Counted from the stretch's first letter, positions 37,141-46,405 are shown. The stretch is 46,405 nt of DNA from Gemmobacter sp. (GCA_039808305.1 JBDHSR010000001.1:1-46405); one strand, 5' to 3'. The notes: generated by a model not told the origin, from the letters alone. Program-made: numbers and translations.

Positions 37141-38730
37141 TCACCGGGCCGGCGGCGGGCCGTAGAGCTGGATCAGGCCGTCCATCAGCGCGCCGCGCCA
37201 GACGAAGCTGTCATGCCCGGCGGAATAGAGCCGCCAATGCGCCTCGGCGCCGCGCCCCTTCAGCACCGCGTAGAGCTGGCGCGAGGTCTCGCGGATGTCG
37301 GCCCCGACGACGCCGTTCTCCGCCCGGCCGGTCTCGAACCGCCCGGCGGTGATGAAGAGGCGCGGCAGGCGGTCGGCGGCGAGGGCCCGCCCGGCCATCC
37401 AGCTCAGCGCCTGTTCCTCCTGCCCCTCGGGCGCCCACCAGTAGGAGCCCGACATCGAGATCGCCGCCCCGAACGCCTCGGGCGCGGAAAGCGCGACATG
37501 CGCCGCGCCGATCCCGCCGAAGCTGGCCCCGGCGACCACGGTGCGCGCGGGATCGGGGGCGAGGCCGAACCGCGCGGCGGCCCAGGGCAGCAGCTCCCCG
37601 GCCATGAAACGGGCGAAATCCGGGTTGCCGGGCAATTCGCGGGCGCGGGTCTCGCCGTCGATCGGGTCGATGAACACGGCGGCGACCGGGGGCAGCCGGC
37701 GTTCCGCCACCAGCCGCTCCAGCGCGCCGGGGATCCGCATCTCGGCCACCGCGCGCGGCCCGTCGAAGACGAAAAGCAGCAAGGCGCGCGGATCGGCCGG
37801 ATCGAAGCCCGCGCTGCGGTAGAGCTGGATGCGCCGGCTGTTGCCGAGGATGGCCGAGGCGAAGCGGGTTTCCTCGACCGTGGCGGGCAGCGGCGGGAAG
37901 CCGGGCTGCGCCGGGGCGCCGGGCAGTTCCAGCACCGACCACTGGTTGAAGGCGTCCGGCGCGTCCTCCGGCCAGGGATGGCGGTTGAGCGGATCGGCGG
38001 CGGAGGTGGCGAGGATCGCCACCCGCCGCGCCCGCGCCGGGCCGGGCAGATCCGGCACATCGGGCGCCAGGCGATAGGCGAGGCGGGTGTCGGGCGGCAG
38101 GGCATAGCTGCGGAACCAGACATCCGAACCGCCCAGCCGCTCCAGCCAGTCATGGTCGGAGGACGGCCCGCCGAACAGCCGGACATTCCGCGCCGCGCCG
38201 CGATAGAGGAAGGTCACGATGCTGCGCCCGTCGTCCTCTTCGATCATCGGCGTGCCCTCGGCGGCGCGCGCGGCCCAGAAGGCTTCGGTCGCGCCGCCCT
38301 CGGCCAGCGTGCCGGCCAGCGCCCGCATCGCCGGGCTGAGAAATCCGGCGGCGGGCGGCTGCTGCTCCGCCAGCGGCACCACCTTGGTCAGCCGCAGCGA
38401 GAAGGCGGCGCCCTCGGGGCCGGCGACGCTGATCCCCGCCGCCTCGGGGGCGACGAAATGGAAGGTCTGCACCCCGTCGCTGGCGCGCGAAAGCTCGCGC
38501 CGGGGGGCGTCATGCGACAGCAGGCGCATCACCAGCTCGTCGCCCGAGGGCCGGAACTCGCCGGTGACATAGGCGCCGGGCGGGGCGTCCAGATGGAGGA
38601 TCCGGCCGGCGGGCGCGGCGGTGGCGGTGAGCTCGTAGCCTTGCGACAGCGTATCGCCGAAAACCGCGGGCGGCAGGGCAAGCCCTGCCGCCATCACAGC
38701 CACGCCGAGGGAAAGGGCGCGGCGTGACAT
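37141..38730 (-). CDS. Fes/enterochelin-esterase-like alpha/beta hydrolase with signal peptide
   Basis: Motifs VTFLYRG, DPLN, GASFGG nucleophile elbow, SGSYWW and GHD. ATG 38730 overlaps the receptor stop codon. N-terminus MSRRALSLGVAVMAAGLAL. Confidence 0.88.
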   Translation of the reverse strand: MSRRALSLGVAVMAAGLALPPAVFGDTLSQGYELTATAAPAGRILHLDAPPGAYVTGEFRPSGDELVMRLLSHDAPRRELSRASDGVQTFHFVAPEAAGISVAGPEGAAFSLRLTKVVPLAEQQPPAAGFLSPAMRALAGTLAEGGATEAFWAARAAEGTPMIEEDDGRSIVTFLYRGAARNVRLFGGPSSDHDWLERLGGSDVWFRSYALPPDTRLAYRLAPDVPDLPGPARARRVAILATSAADPLNRHPWPEDAPDAFNQWSVLELPGAPAQPGFPPLPATVEETRFASAILGNSRRIQLYRSAGFDPADPRALLLFVFDGPRAVAEMRIPGALERLVAERRLPPVAAVFIDPIDGETRARELPGNPDFARFMAGELLPWAAARFGLAPDPARTVVAGASFGGIGAAHVALSAPEAFGAAISMSGSYWWAPEGQEEQALSWMAGRALAADRLPRLFITAGRFETGRAENGVVGADIRETSRQLYAVLKGRGAEAHWRLYSAGHDSFVWRGALMDGLIQLYGPPPAR

Positions 38731-40859
38731 CAGAACTTGTAGTCCAGCGAGGCGGTGACCATCCGCTCCGACCCGATGAAGCAGGCCCATTGCGAGGCGC
38801 AGGAGGCGGTATAGACCTTGTTCGTCAGGTTCTGCACGTTGATCTGGCCATGCAGCCCCTCATAGGCCGGCGAGAGCTTGCCGAAATCGTAGCCCACCGC
38901 GAGGTCGACCAGCGTGACCGAGGGCACCTCGAAGGTATTGGCGCTGTCGCCCCAGCTGTCGCCGATATGGCGCAGGCCGAGCGCGAGGTCATAGCCCGCC
39001 TCCGAGGTGTATTTCGCCCAGAGCGCGGCGGTGAAGCCGGGCAGGCGCGACGGCATCTTGCCCAGATCGGCGGCGGTGTTGGTCTCCTTCACCTCGGCGT
39101 CGAGCCAGGAGGCGGAGCCGAGCAGGCTCCAGCCGTTGCCCAGTTCGGCGCGGCCCTCCAGCTCCAGGCCGCGGCTGTCGATGCGGCCGATCTGGTCGTA
39201 GCTGGCGGTCACCGGGTTGTAGCTGAGCACCCCGGTCTGCTTCAGGTCGAACACGGCGGCCTGCGCGAAGAACCGGCCATCGGCCGAGGCCCATTTCACG
39301 CCGAGCTCCACCTGTTCCGCCTCGGTCGGATCGAAGGGCGTCCCGGTGGCGGAGGACTGGGTGACCGGCTCGAAGCTGGTGGCGTAGCTGAGATAGGGCG
39401 CCACGCCGTTGTCGAAGGTGTAGAGCGCGCCGAGGCGGCCGGTCACCGCATGGTCGTCGAAGGTGGTGGAGGCGCCGGTCAGGTTGTTGTCGATGGTGAC
39501 GTCGAAATCGTCATAGCGCAGCCCGGCCGAAAGGTTCAGCGCGCCGATCTCCACCTGGTCCTGCACATAGAGGCCGGTCTGGCGGCTGTCGGTGCGGGTG
39601 TCGCTGGGCCGTTCCACCAGGTCGAAGCCGGTATGGCCGTAGACCGGGTTCGTCCAGTCGATCGTCGGAACCGAATAGTCGAAGCCCCATTTGTAGTCGC
39701 GGCGGCTGCGCTGGTGGTCGATGCCGGCCAGCAGGGTATGCTCGGCCGCCCCGGTCTGGAACCTGTGCTCGACCGAGAGGTCGAGCGCGGCCTGCTTCAG
39801 ATCGTCCGTCCCGCCCGAGGCGGCGCGGTTGATGGTCTTGCCGTCGGCATCCAGCGATTCGAAGGTGAGGGTGCGGAAATAGCTGTCGATCCCGGTGGCG
39901 CGGGCCTTGGCGCGCAGCGTGGTGTCGTCGCCCAGCCGGTGCTCGATCTCGGCGCCGAGGGCGCGCGTCTCGCGGGTCGAGCGGTCCCAGGCGGGATCGC
40001 CCACCAGGAAGTCGACGGGGATGTAGCCGCCCGAGGCGGTCGGGCGGATGGTGCCGTCGGCGATGCGGAAGTTGCGGAAGCCGGCATCCGGTTCGTTCTG
40101 CACCAGCGCGGTGACGGTGACCGTGGTCGCGTCGGTCGGCCGCCAGCGCAGCGAGGGCGCGAAGGAGAAGCGCTGCTGCTCCAGCCCCTTCTCCTGGGTA
40201 TCCACCCGCCAGCCGGTGCCGACCAGCCGCCAGTCCAGCGTCTCGGACAGCTTGTCGCCGAAGTCGAAGGCGAGGCCGGCGCGGTCATGGCTGCCGCCGG
40301 TCACCTTCACCTCGCGGACGCGCTCGCCATCGGCCTTCTTGGTCGTCATGGTGATGATGCCGCCCGGATTGGCCTGGCCGTAAAGCACCGAGGACGGGCC
40401 CTTCACCAGCTCCACCCGGTCGAGCAGCCACGGATCCATCTGCCCGAACGAGCCCGATCCGAAGATCAGCCCGTCGACATAGCGCGGCACATAGCCGAAG
40501 CCGCGCACATAGGTCTCGTCATGCAGGTTCGACGAGCCGCGATATTCGGTGAAGATGCCGGGGCTGTAGCGCAGCGCCTGCGCGACCGAGGTGGCGGCCT
40601 GGTCGGCGATCTGCGTGGCGGGCACCACGTTGATGGCCTGCGGCGTCTTGCGCAGCGGCGTCGCGGTTTTCGTGCCCGAGACCGAGCCGGTGGCGACATA
40701 GCCGTTCACCTGCCCGACCCCGCCGGATCCGTCCAGCACCACGGGATCCAGGACGGTCACCGCCGCCTCCTGGGCGGCGGCGGCCAGCGGGAACAGCAGC
40801 GTGGTGCTCAGCATCAGCGCCCGGATCGGGGCGCGCAGGGGGGTGATCGTCGCGGTCAT
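38730..40859 (-). CDS. TonB-dependent siderophore receptor (FhuA-like)
   Basis: Signal peptide, TonB box LDPVVL, GTKT.TPL..TPQ, DRVELVKGPSSVLYG, NLTNK.Y and C-terminal YKF. ATG 40859 follows GGAGA. Confidence 0.95.
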   Translation of the reverse strand: MTATITPLRAPIRALMLSTTLLFPLAAAAQEAAVTVLDPVVLDGSGGVGQVNGYVATGSVSGTKTATPLRKTPQAINVVPATQIADQAATSVAQALRYSPGIFTEYRGSSNLHDETYVRGFGYVPRYVDGLIFGSGSFGQMDPWLLDRVELVKGPSSVLYGQANPGGIITMTTKKADGERVREVKVTGGSHDRAGLAFDFGDKLSETLDWRLVGTGWRVDTQEKGLEQQRFSFAPSLRWRPTDATTVTVTALVQNEPDAGFRNFRIADGTIRPTASGGYIPVDFLVGDPAWDRSTRETRALGAEIEHRLGDDTTLRAKARATGIDSYFRTLTFESLDADGKTINRAASGGTDDLKQAALDLSVEHRFQTGAAEHTLLAGIDHQRSRRDYKWGFDYSVPTIDWTNPVYGHTGFDLVERPSDTRTDSRQTGLYVQDQVEIGALNLSAGLRYDDFDVTIDNNLTGASTTFDDHAVTGRLGALYTFDNGVAPYLSYATSFEPVTQSSATGTPFDPTEAEQVELGVKWASADGRFFAQAAVFDLKQTGVLSYNPVTASYDQIGRIDSRGLELEGRAELGNGWSLLGSASWLDAEVKETNTAADLGKMPSRLPGFTAALWAKYTSEAGYDLALGLRHIGDSWGDSANTFEVPSVTLVDLAVGYDFGKLSPAYEGLHGQINVQNLTNKVYTASCASQWACFIGSERMVTASLDYKF

Positions 40860-40882
40860 GTCTTCTCCGGTGCGAGGGGATC

Positions 40883-40916
40883 GCAATACTTGAGTATTTT
40901 GCATGGATATTATAAT
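40883..40916. promoter_or_regulatory. AT-rich divergent promoter core with a candidate iron-regulatory dyad
   Basis: AATACT-TG-AGTATT dyad (40885-40898). ATTATAAT (40909-40916) reads TATAAT on both strands. Confidence 0.5.
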
Positions 40917-40994
40917 CCGCCCCCAGCCAGGTCGATCCGGCCCAGCTCTGGTCTCCCGCCAATCAGCATTGATTTTCCGACAATCGGAGCGATC

Positions 40995-41894
40995 ATGAGC
41001 ATTCACCGCTTTCCCGGCGACTTCCGGCTCGGCGTCCTGAACGAGCCGCGCGATCATGTGCTGGAACCGGGGCTGAGCCCGGTCGAGCCGAAGCTGATGC
41101 TGCTGGTCCTGCTGTCCGGGTTGCAGCGGTTCCGTCTGGCCGGGCGGCTGTTCGAGCTGGATGCGCAGCGGCTGCCGGACGCGCTTTTCCTGCGGATCGG
41201 CTGCCCCTGCGAGGTGGAGTTCCTGCACAACTGGGGCCAGCCGCTGATCAAGCTGCAACTGGCCACCCCGCTCGACTGGCTGGAGAACGTGCAGGGCGGC
41301 AATGCCGGGGCGCTGGCCGGGCTCTCGGGCGATTTCGCGGCGCTGCGCTTCCTGCCCGGCGCGCAGATGGTGGAGACCGCGCGGACCATCGTGGCGACGC
41401 CCCAGCCGCTCGCGCGGATGGCGCTGGGCATGTCGCTGCTGGACCAGTGCCTTGCCGGCCTGTCGGGCGAGGCGCCGTCGAGCCTCGCGGTGGTGCGGCA
41501 GATCGGCGGGTCCGACATCATCGCCCGGCTGCGCCGTCTGATCGCGGCCGCGCCCGAGGGGGCCCCCCTGACCGCCCCGGCGCTGGCGCGGGCCTGCGGC
41601 ATGGGGCTGCGCAGTCTGGAGCGGCTGGTGCGCGACGATCTGGGCACCAGCCTCGGCGCGCTGATCCGCGAGGAACGGCTGGAGGCCGGTCTCAGGGCGC
41701 TGCGCGCGGGACAGCCGGTGGCGCGGGCGGCGGCGCGGGCCGGCTATTCGAGCGCGGCGAATTTCGCCGTCGCGGTGCGCCGCCGCTTCGGCGACACGCC
41801 CAGCCATCTGCGCCACGATCCCGATCGGGTCGCGGGACGGGCGGGGTTCAGCCTGGCCGATCCGCGGTCTCGACCGACCAGCTCAGTCCGGTGA
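40995..41894 (+). CDS. AraC-family regulator
   Basis: C-terminal double HTH (LARACGMGLRSLER; AGYSSAANFAVAVRRRFGDTP). ATG 40995 follows GGAG. Confidence 0.9.
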   Translation: MSIHRFPGDFRLGVLNEPRDHVLEPGLSPVEPKLMLLVLLSGLQRFRLAGRLFELDAQRLPDALFLRIGCPCEVEFLHNWGQPLIKLQLATPLDWLENVQGGNAGALAGLSGDFAALRFLPGAQMVETARTIVATPQPLARMALGMSLLDQCLAGLSGEAPSSLAVVRQIGGSDIIARLRRLIAAAPEGAPLTAPALARACGMGLRSLERLVRDDLGTSLGALIREERLEAGLRALRAGQPVARAAARAGYSSAANFAVAVRRRFGDTPSHLRHDPDRVAGRAGFSLADPRSRPTSSVR

Positions 41895-42153
41895 AGCCCT
41901 CGCGATGCGCGAAGGTCGCCAGATGGCTGTCGATCACGAAACGCGCATGGATCATGTTCTTCACGTCCTCCGATTCCAGCCGGATGGTCAGCGCGCCGTC
42001 CTCGGCGCGCATCTCCGCCCGGCCGGGCGGCAGCGCGGCATGGCCCTGCCGGTCATCGTAGGCGACCTCGACCTTGTGGGCGAAATGCTTGCAAAGCTGT
42101 TGCAGGTATTTCGACGCGTGCTGCGTCTCGAACCGGGCCGTCGTCACATACAT
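41848..42153 (-). CDS. DUF2218 family protein
   Basis: ASKYLQQLCKHFAHK...HL..FA..E signature. Overlaps the AraC 3' end by 47 bp. Confidence 0.88.
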   Translation of the reverse strand: MYVTTARFETQHASKYLQQLCKHFAHKVEVAYDDRQGHAALPPGRAEMRAEDGALTIRLESEDVKNMIHARFVIDSHLATFAHREGFTGLSWSVETADRPG

Positions 42154-42275
42154 CGCCTGTTCCTTGCAATTTCGGGCGGAATACCGGCTGGACCGTCCTG
42201 CGGCAAGCCTCTATGTCACGGGGGAACCGCGTGCAGCCAGCGCCCAGCCACACGCTCCAGCGCTGGAGTCCCCCG

Positions 42276-43172
42276 ATGATCCGCCTTGCCGCCTCCGTTC
42301 TTCTGGCCGCCTCGGCCGCGCTTGCCGCCCCCGCCCTCGCCGGGGATGTGACCATCGCCACCGCGCGGGGCGAGGTGACATTGCCCGCCGGCCCGTCGCG
42401 GGTGGCGGTGTTCGACATGGCCGCGCTCGATACGATGGACGCGCTGGGCGTCGTCCCGGCGGGGGTGCCGGACAAGCTCTATGTCGATTATCTGGACGAT
42501 GCGGCCGGCAAGGCCGCCCCGCTCGGCACGCTGTTCGAGCCGAACCTGGAGGCGGTGGCTGCGCTGGCCCCCGACCTGATCGTGGTCGGCGCCCGCTCCG
42601 CCACGCAGGTCGAGGCGTTGTCGCCGCTCGCCCCCACCATCGACATGACCATCGGGCAGGATCTGGTCGCCGATGCCCGCGCCCGGATCGCCGCCTATGG
42701 CGCGCTGTTCGGCAAGGCCGAACAGGCGGCGGAGCTGGAGGCGGCCTTCGACGCGAAGCTGGCCGAGGCGCGGGCCGCCGTGGCGGGCAAGGGCAAGGCG
42801 CTGATCCTGCTGACCAACGGGCCGAAGGTCTCGGCCTATGGCAAGGGCTCGCGCTTCGGCTGGCTGCATACCGCGCTGGGCCTGCCCGAGGCTTACGAGA
42901 ACCTCAACCCCGAGGTGCATGGCGACGCGGTGTCCTTCGAGTTCATCGCCGAGGTCGATCCCGAATGGATCATCGTGGTCGACCGCTCCTCCGCCGTGGG
43001 CGAGCAGGCTTCGGCGCGGGCGACGCTCGACAATCCGCTGGTCGCCGGCACCCGCGCGGCGCGCGAAGGGCGGATGGTCTATCTGCGGGCCGCCCCGCTC
43101 TATATCGCCGGCGGCGGCTACCGCTCGGTGATGGGGACGCTGGACGAGATCATCGCCGCCTTCGCCGGCTAG
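42276..43172 (+). CDS. Siderophore ABC binding protein (CeuE/FatB/YclQ-like)
   Basis: Signal peptide and motifs GTLFEPNLE, SRFGWLH, HGDAVSFEFI and LYIAGGG. Confidence 0.92.
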   Translation: MIRLAASVLLAASAALAAPALAGDVTIATARGEVTLPAGPSRVAVFDMAALDTMDALGVVPAGVPDKLYVDYLDDAAGKAAPLGTLFEPNLEAVAALAPDLIVVGARSATQVEALSPLAPTIDMTIGQDLVADARARIAAYGALFGKAEQAAELEAAFDAKLAEARAAVAGKGKALILLTNGPKVSAYGKGSRFGWLHTALGLPEAYENLNPEVHGDAVSFEFIAEVDPEWIIVVDRSSAVGEQASARATLDNPLVAGTRAAREGRMVYLRAAPLYIAGGGYRSVMGTLDEIIAAFAG

Positions 43173-43195
43173 AACCCGGAGCCCGAGGTCCAGCC

Positions 43196-44149
43196 ATGCG
43201 CCCGGCCGCGATCCTGACCCTGCTTCTGGTGCCGCTTTCCCTCGTCAGCCTGCTGACCGGGGCGGCGGGGATGGAGATCGGGCAGCTGGGCCACGACCCG
43301 CGCGCGCTGCTGATCCTGACCGTCTCGCGCCTGCCGCGCACCGTGGCGGTGATCCTGACCGGGGCGGCGCTGGCCATCGCCGGCGTGGTGATGCAGCAAC
43401 TGGTGCGCAACCGCTTCGTGGAGCCGGGCACCACCGGCACCGCCGAGAGCGCGGCGCTCGGGCTGCTCGGGGTCACGCTGCTCGCGCCGGCGGCGCCGAT
43501 CTGGGTGAAGATGGTGGTGGCGAGCCTCGCCGCGATGGCCGGCACCGCGCTGTTCCTGCGGCTGGTCCGGCGGCTGCCCCCGCGCGAGGTGCTGCTGGTG
43601 CCGCTGGTCGGCATCATCCTGTCGGGCGTGCTGGGGGCGGCGGTCACCTTCGTCGGCTGGCAGACCGACCTGCTGCAACTGATCGGCATCTGGCTGATGA
43701 CGGGCGAGTTCTCCGGCGTCATCGCCGGGCGCTACGAATTGCTGTGGATCGCCGGAGGCGCCGCGGCGCTGGCCTGGTTCGCGGCGGACCGCTTCGCCAT
43801 CCTCGGGCTGGGGCGCGCCGCCGCGACCGGGCTGGGCGTCGATCCCGACGCGGTGATGCGGCTGGGCCTCGCCGTGGTGTCGGTGGTCACGGCGCTGGTG
43901 ATCGTGACGGTGGGGATGATCCCCTTCGTGGGCCTCGTCGTGCCGAATATCGTCGCGCGCCGGATGGGCGACAACCTGCGCGCCACGCTGCCGGTGACCG
44001 CCGCCGGCGGCGCCGCGCTGGTTCTGGCCTGCGACATCGCCGGGCGGCTGGTGCGCTATCCCTACGAGGTGCCGGTGGGCACCATTCTGGGCATCGTGGG
44101 CTCGCTGCTGTTCCTGTGGCTGCTCTATCGGGGGCCGCGGCATGGATAG
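43196..44149 (+). CDS. Siderophore ABC permease (CeuB/FatD-like)
   Basis: Motifs SRLPRT, MQQLVRNRFVEP.T.GT, PFVGLVVPN and YPYEVPVG. Confidence 0.92.
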   Translation: MRPAAILTLLLVPLSLVSLLTGAAGMEIGQLGHDPRALLILTVSRLPRTVAVILTGAALAIAGVVMQQLVRNRFVEPGTTGTAESAALGLLGVTLLAPAAPIWVKMVVASLAAMAGTALFLRLVRRLPPREVLLVPLVGIILSGVLGAAVTFVGWQTDLLQLIGIWLMTGEFSGVIAGRYELLWIAGGAAALAWFAADRFAILGLGRAAATGLGVDPDAVMRLGLAVVSVVTALVIVTVGMIPFVGLVVPNIVARRMGDNLRATLPVTAAGGAALVLACDIAGRLVRYPYEVPVGTILGIVGSLLFLWLLYRGPRHG

Positions 44150-45083
44150 GCGGGTGGCGCTGCTGGCGCTGGCGCTGCTCGCGGCCTCGGCGGTCTGGCT
44201 GTTCTGGGGGCTGGGCGCGACATGGCGCTTCGTCCTGCCGCTGCGGGCGGGCAAGCTGGCGGGGATGCTGCTGGTCGGCGCCTCGGTCGCGGTGGCGACG
44301 GTGCTGTTCCAGACCGTCAGCCGCAACCGCATCCTGACGCCGCAGATCATGGGGTTCGACGCGCTCTATATCCTGATGCAGACGGCGATGGTCGCGGGGC
44401 TGGGCCTGACCGGCTTCGCCGGCCTGCCCGCCGCCGCGAAATTCTCGGCCGAGGTGGCGGTGATGGTCGCCGCCTCGCTGCTGCTCTTCGGCACCCTGCT
44501 GGGGCGGGGCGGGCAGGACGTGCCGCGCCTGATCCTGACCGGGGTCATCCTCGGGGTGATGTTCCGCTCCGCCGCGGGGTTCCTCGCGCGGGTGATGGAT
44601 CCGAACGCCTATGCGGTGGTGCAATCGTCGAGCTTCGCCAGTTTCGCGCGGATCGACACCGCGCTGCTGCCGGTCGCCGCCGGGCTGAGCCTCGCGGCCA
44701 TCGCCACGGCGCTCCGGCTGGCGGCGCGGCTCGACGTGCTGGCGCTCGGCCGGCCCATCGCGGTGTCGCTGGGGCTGGTGCATGACCGGCTGGTGCTGGC
44801 GGTGCTGGCGCTGGTGGCGGTGCTGGTCTCGGTCGCGACGGCGCTGGTCGGGCCGGTGGCCTTCTTCGGGCTGATCGTGGCCGGCCTCGCCTACGAGACG
44901 GCGGGATCCGCCCGCCATGCCCGTGTGCTGCCGGTGGCGATGCTGATCGCCGGGCTGATCCTCGTCGCCGGGCAAACCGTATTCGAGCGCGCCCTCGCCC
45001 TGCAATCGAGCCTCAGCGTGGTGATCGAATTCGCGGGCGGGCTGTTCTTCCTGTGGCTTCTGCTGAAAGGACGCATGCGATGA
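44142..45083 (+). CDS. Siderophore ABC permease (CeuC/FatC-like)
   Basis: Motifs FQTVSRNRILTPQIMGFDALY and LVGPVAFFGL. Confidence 0.92.
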   Translation: MDRRVALLALALLAASAVWLFWGLGATWRFVLPLRAGKLAGMLLVGASVAVATVLFQTVSRNRILTPQIMGFDALYILMQTAMVAGLGLTGFAGLPAAAKFSAEVAVMVAASLLLFGTLLGRGGQDVPRLILTGVILGVMFRSAAGFLARVMDPNAYAVVQSSSFASFARIDTALLPVAAGLSLAAIATALRLAARLDVLALGRPIAVSLGLVHDRLVLAVLALVAVLVSVATALVGPVAFFGLIVAGLAYETAGSARHARVLPVAMLIAGLILVAGQTVFERALALQSSLSVVIEFAGGLFFLWLLLKGRMR

Positions 45084-45835
45084 TCCGGGTCGAAGGGGTA
45101 AGCCACCGCATCGGCAAGGCCGCGATCCTCGACGGGATCGGGCTGAGCCTGCCGAAGGGCAAGGTCACCGCGCTGATCGGGCCGAACGGGGCGGGGAAAT
45201 CGACGCTGCTGTCGCTGATCGGGCGGCTGATGCCGGTGCAGGCCGGGCGGATCACGGTGGACGGCGCCGATGTCGCCCGCACCGACACGCGCGAGCTGGC
45301 GAAGCGGCTGGCGATCCTGTCGCAGTCGAACCAGACCGGCAGCCGTCTGCGCGTGGCGGAACTGGTGGCCTTCGGGCGCTGGCCGCACCATCAGGGCCGG
45401 CCGGGGCCGGAGGACGCGGCGAAGGTCGACGCCGCGCTGGAGGCGATGGACCTCGCCGCGCTGTCGCACCGCTTTCTCGACGAGCTGTCCGGCGGCCAGC
45501 GCCAGCGCGCCTTTCTGGCGATGACGCTGGCGCAGGGCGCCGACTGGCTGCTGCTGGACGAGCCGCTGGCGGCGCTCGACATGGCGCATGCCCGCGCCGT
45601 CATGCGGCGGCTGGTGGGGCTGCGCGAGGCGGGGCACAGCGTCGTCGTGGTCCTGCACGAGATCAACCACGCCGCCGCCTGGGCGGATCATGTCGTGGCG
45701 ATGAAGGCGGGGCGGGTGGTGGCCGAGGGTCCGCCGGCGGAGATCTGCACCGCCGGAACGCTCGGCGCGCTCTACGACATGGACCTGCGGGTGACCGAGA
45801 TCGACGGGCGCCCGCTGGTGCTGCATCACCTGTGA
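45080..45835 (+). CDS. Siderophore ABC ATPase (CeuD/FatE-like)
   Basis: Motifs GPNGAGKST, LSGGQRQRA and LLDEP. ATGA overlap with the upstream stop. Confidence 0.93.
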   Translation: MIRVEGVSHRIGKAAILDGIGLSLPKGKVTALIGPNGAGKSTLLSLIGRLMPVQAGRITVDGADVARTDTRELAKRLAILSQSNQTGSRLRVAELVAFGRWPHHQGRPGPEDAAKVDAALEAMDLAALSHRFLDELSGGQRQRAFLAMTLAQGADWLLLDEPLAALDMAHARAVMRRLVGLREAGHSVVVVLHEINHAAAWADHVVAMKAGRVVAEGPPAEICTAGTLGALYDMDLRVTEIDGRPLVLHHL

Positions 45836-45893
45836 TCCCGCGCCTGCGGGAAGATCCGGGGGGTCACGGCCGCGCCCCGGCCCGGAAATGCAA

Positions 45894-45917
45894 GAAGGGG
45901 GCGCGAACGCCCCCTTC
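45894..45917. terminator. Probable bidirectional terminator between the convergent ABC operon and clpB
   Basis: Perfect 10-bp stem GAAGGGGGCG-cgaa-CGCCCCCTTC. Confidence 0.7.
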
Positions 45918-45937
45918 CTTGTCCGATCCGGGTTCGC

Positions 45938-46405
45938 TCAATGCACCCGCGCTTCGGCCGGTTTGGCCCGGCCGGAGGCGATCACCCGGTCGCCGAGGAT
46001 CAGCCCCTCCGGCCCCGCCGTCACCGTGACCTCGCTGCCGTCCAGCACGTCGCCGGAGAGGATCATCTCGGCCAGCGGGTCTTGCAGGTTGCGCTGGATC
46101 ACCCGTTTCAGGGGGCGCGCGCCGAAGACCGGATCGTAGCCCTCGTCGGCCAGCCAGGCTTTCGCCTCGGGCGTCAGCGCCAGCGTGATCTTGCGATGCG
46201 CCAGCCGTTTCTCCAGCCGCTTCAACTGGATCTCGACGATGCCGCCCATATCCGCCCGGTTCAGCCGGTCGAAGATGATCATCTCGTCCAGCCGGTTCAG
46301 GAATTCGGGGCGGAAATGCGCCCGCACCGCGTCCATCACCTCGCGCTTCGCGGCACCCGCATCCGAGCCTTCCGGCAATTCGCTGAGCGCCCGCGCGCCC
46401 AGGTT
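45938..46405 (-). CDS. clpB: ATP-dependent chaperone ClpB, C-terminal part; the gene starts beyond the window
   Basis: Motifs FRPEFLNRLDE and GYDPVFGARPLKRVIQ. The frame is open to the window edge. Confidence 0.92.
   Translation of the reverse strand, partial: NLGARALSELPEGSDAGAAKREVMDAVRAHFRPEFLNRLDEMIIFDRLNRADMGGIVEIQLKRLEKRLAHRKITLALTPEAKAWLADEGYDPVFGARPLKRVIQRNLQDPLAEMILSGDVLDGSEVTVTAGPEGLILGDRVIASGRAKPAEARVH

Noticed and set aside
38724-41894. 1056-aa ORF suggesting a giant AraC fusion, and the opposite 1028-aa receptor ORF
   Set aside because: Both are in-frame read-through upstream of the real starts at 40995 (+) and 40859 (-), each of which has its own RBS.
1-46405. CRISPR arrays, tRNA/rRNA genes, integrases, transposases and anti-phage defence genes
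   Set aside because: No repeat-spacer periodicity, cloverleaf or relevant protein motifs were seen by eye.

Overview
GC-rich alphaproteobacterial DNA whose gene content suggests Rhodobacteraceae/Paracoccaceae. It is made of successive accessory modules. (1) 1-2007: the 3' part of an aldehyde dehydrogenase, then a formyltransferase-fold protein closely resembling the N-terminal domain of 10-formyl-THF dehydrogenase (ALDH1L). (2) 2431-16805: an uncharacterised co-directional catabolic cluster of 12 genes behind a perfect palindromic operator. It encodes two-subunit hydantoinase/oxoprolinase, a DapA-family lyase, a Pot-type ABC transporter, a 355-aa orphan, an acyl-CoA ligase, an SDR, an FAD oxidoreductase and a GntR regulator. 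(3) 17463-29346: a C-P lyase locus, phnCDEE-phnF-phnGHIJKLN-DUF1045-phnM, with Pho-box-like and PhnF-operator-like sites. (4) 29434-32089 (minus strand): a putative metal/redox module of a Cys/His-tailed MarR, a secreted His/Asp-motif protein, a CxxC thioredoxin-fold protein and a DGC protein. (5) An orphan RTX-repeat protein and a DMT/LysR pair. (6) 37141-45835: a siderophore-uptake locus with a TonB-dependent receptor, exported Fes-like esterase, AraC regulator, DUF2218 protein and a CeuE/FatB-type ABC system. (7) The 3' end of clpB. I saw no rRNA, tRNA, CRISPR array or transposase. All family calls come from motif recognition by eye, not database searches.
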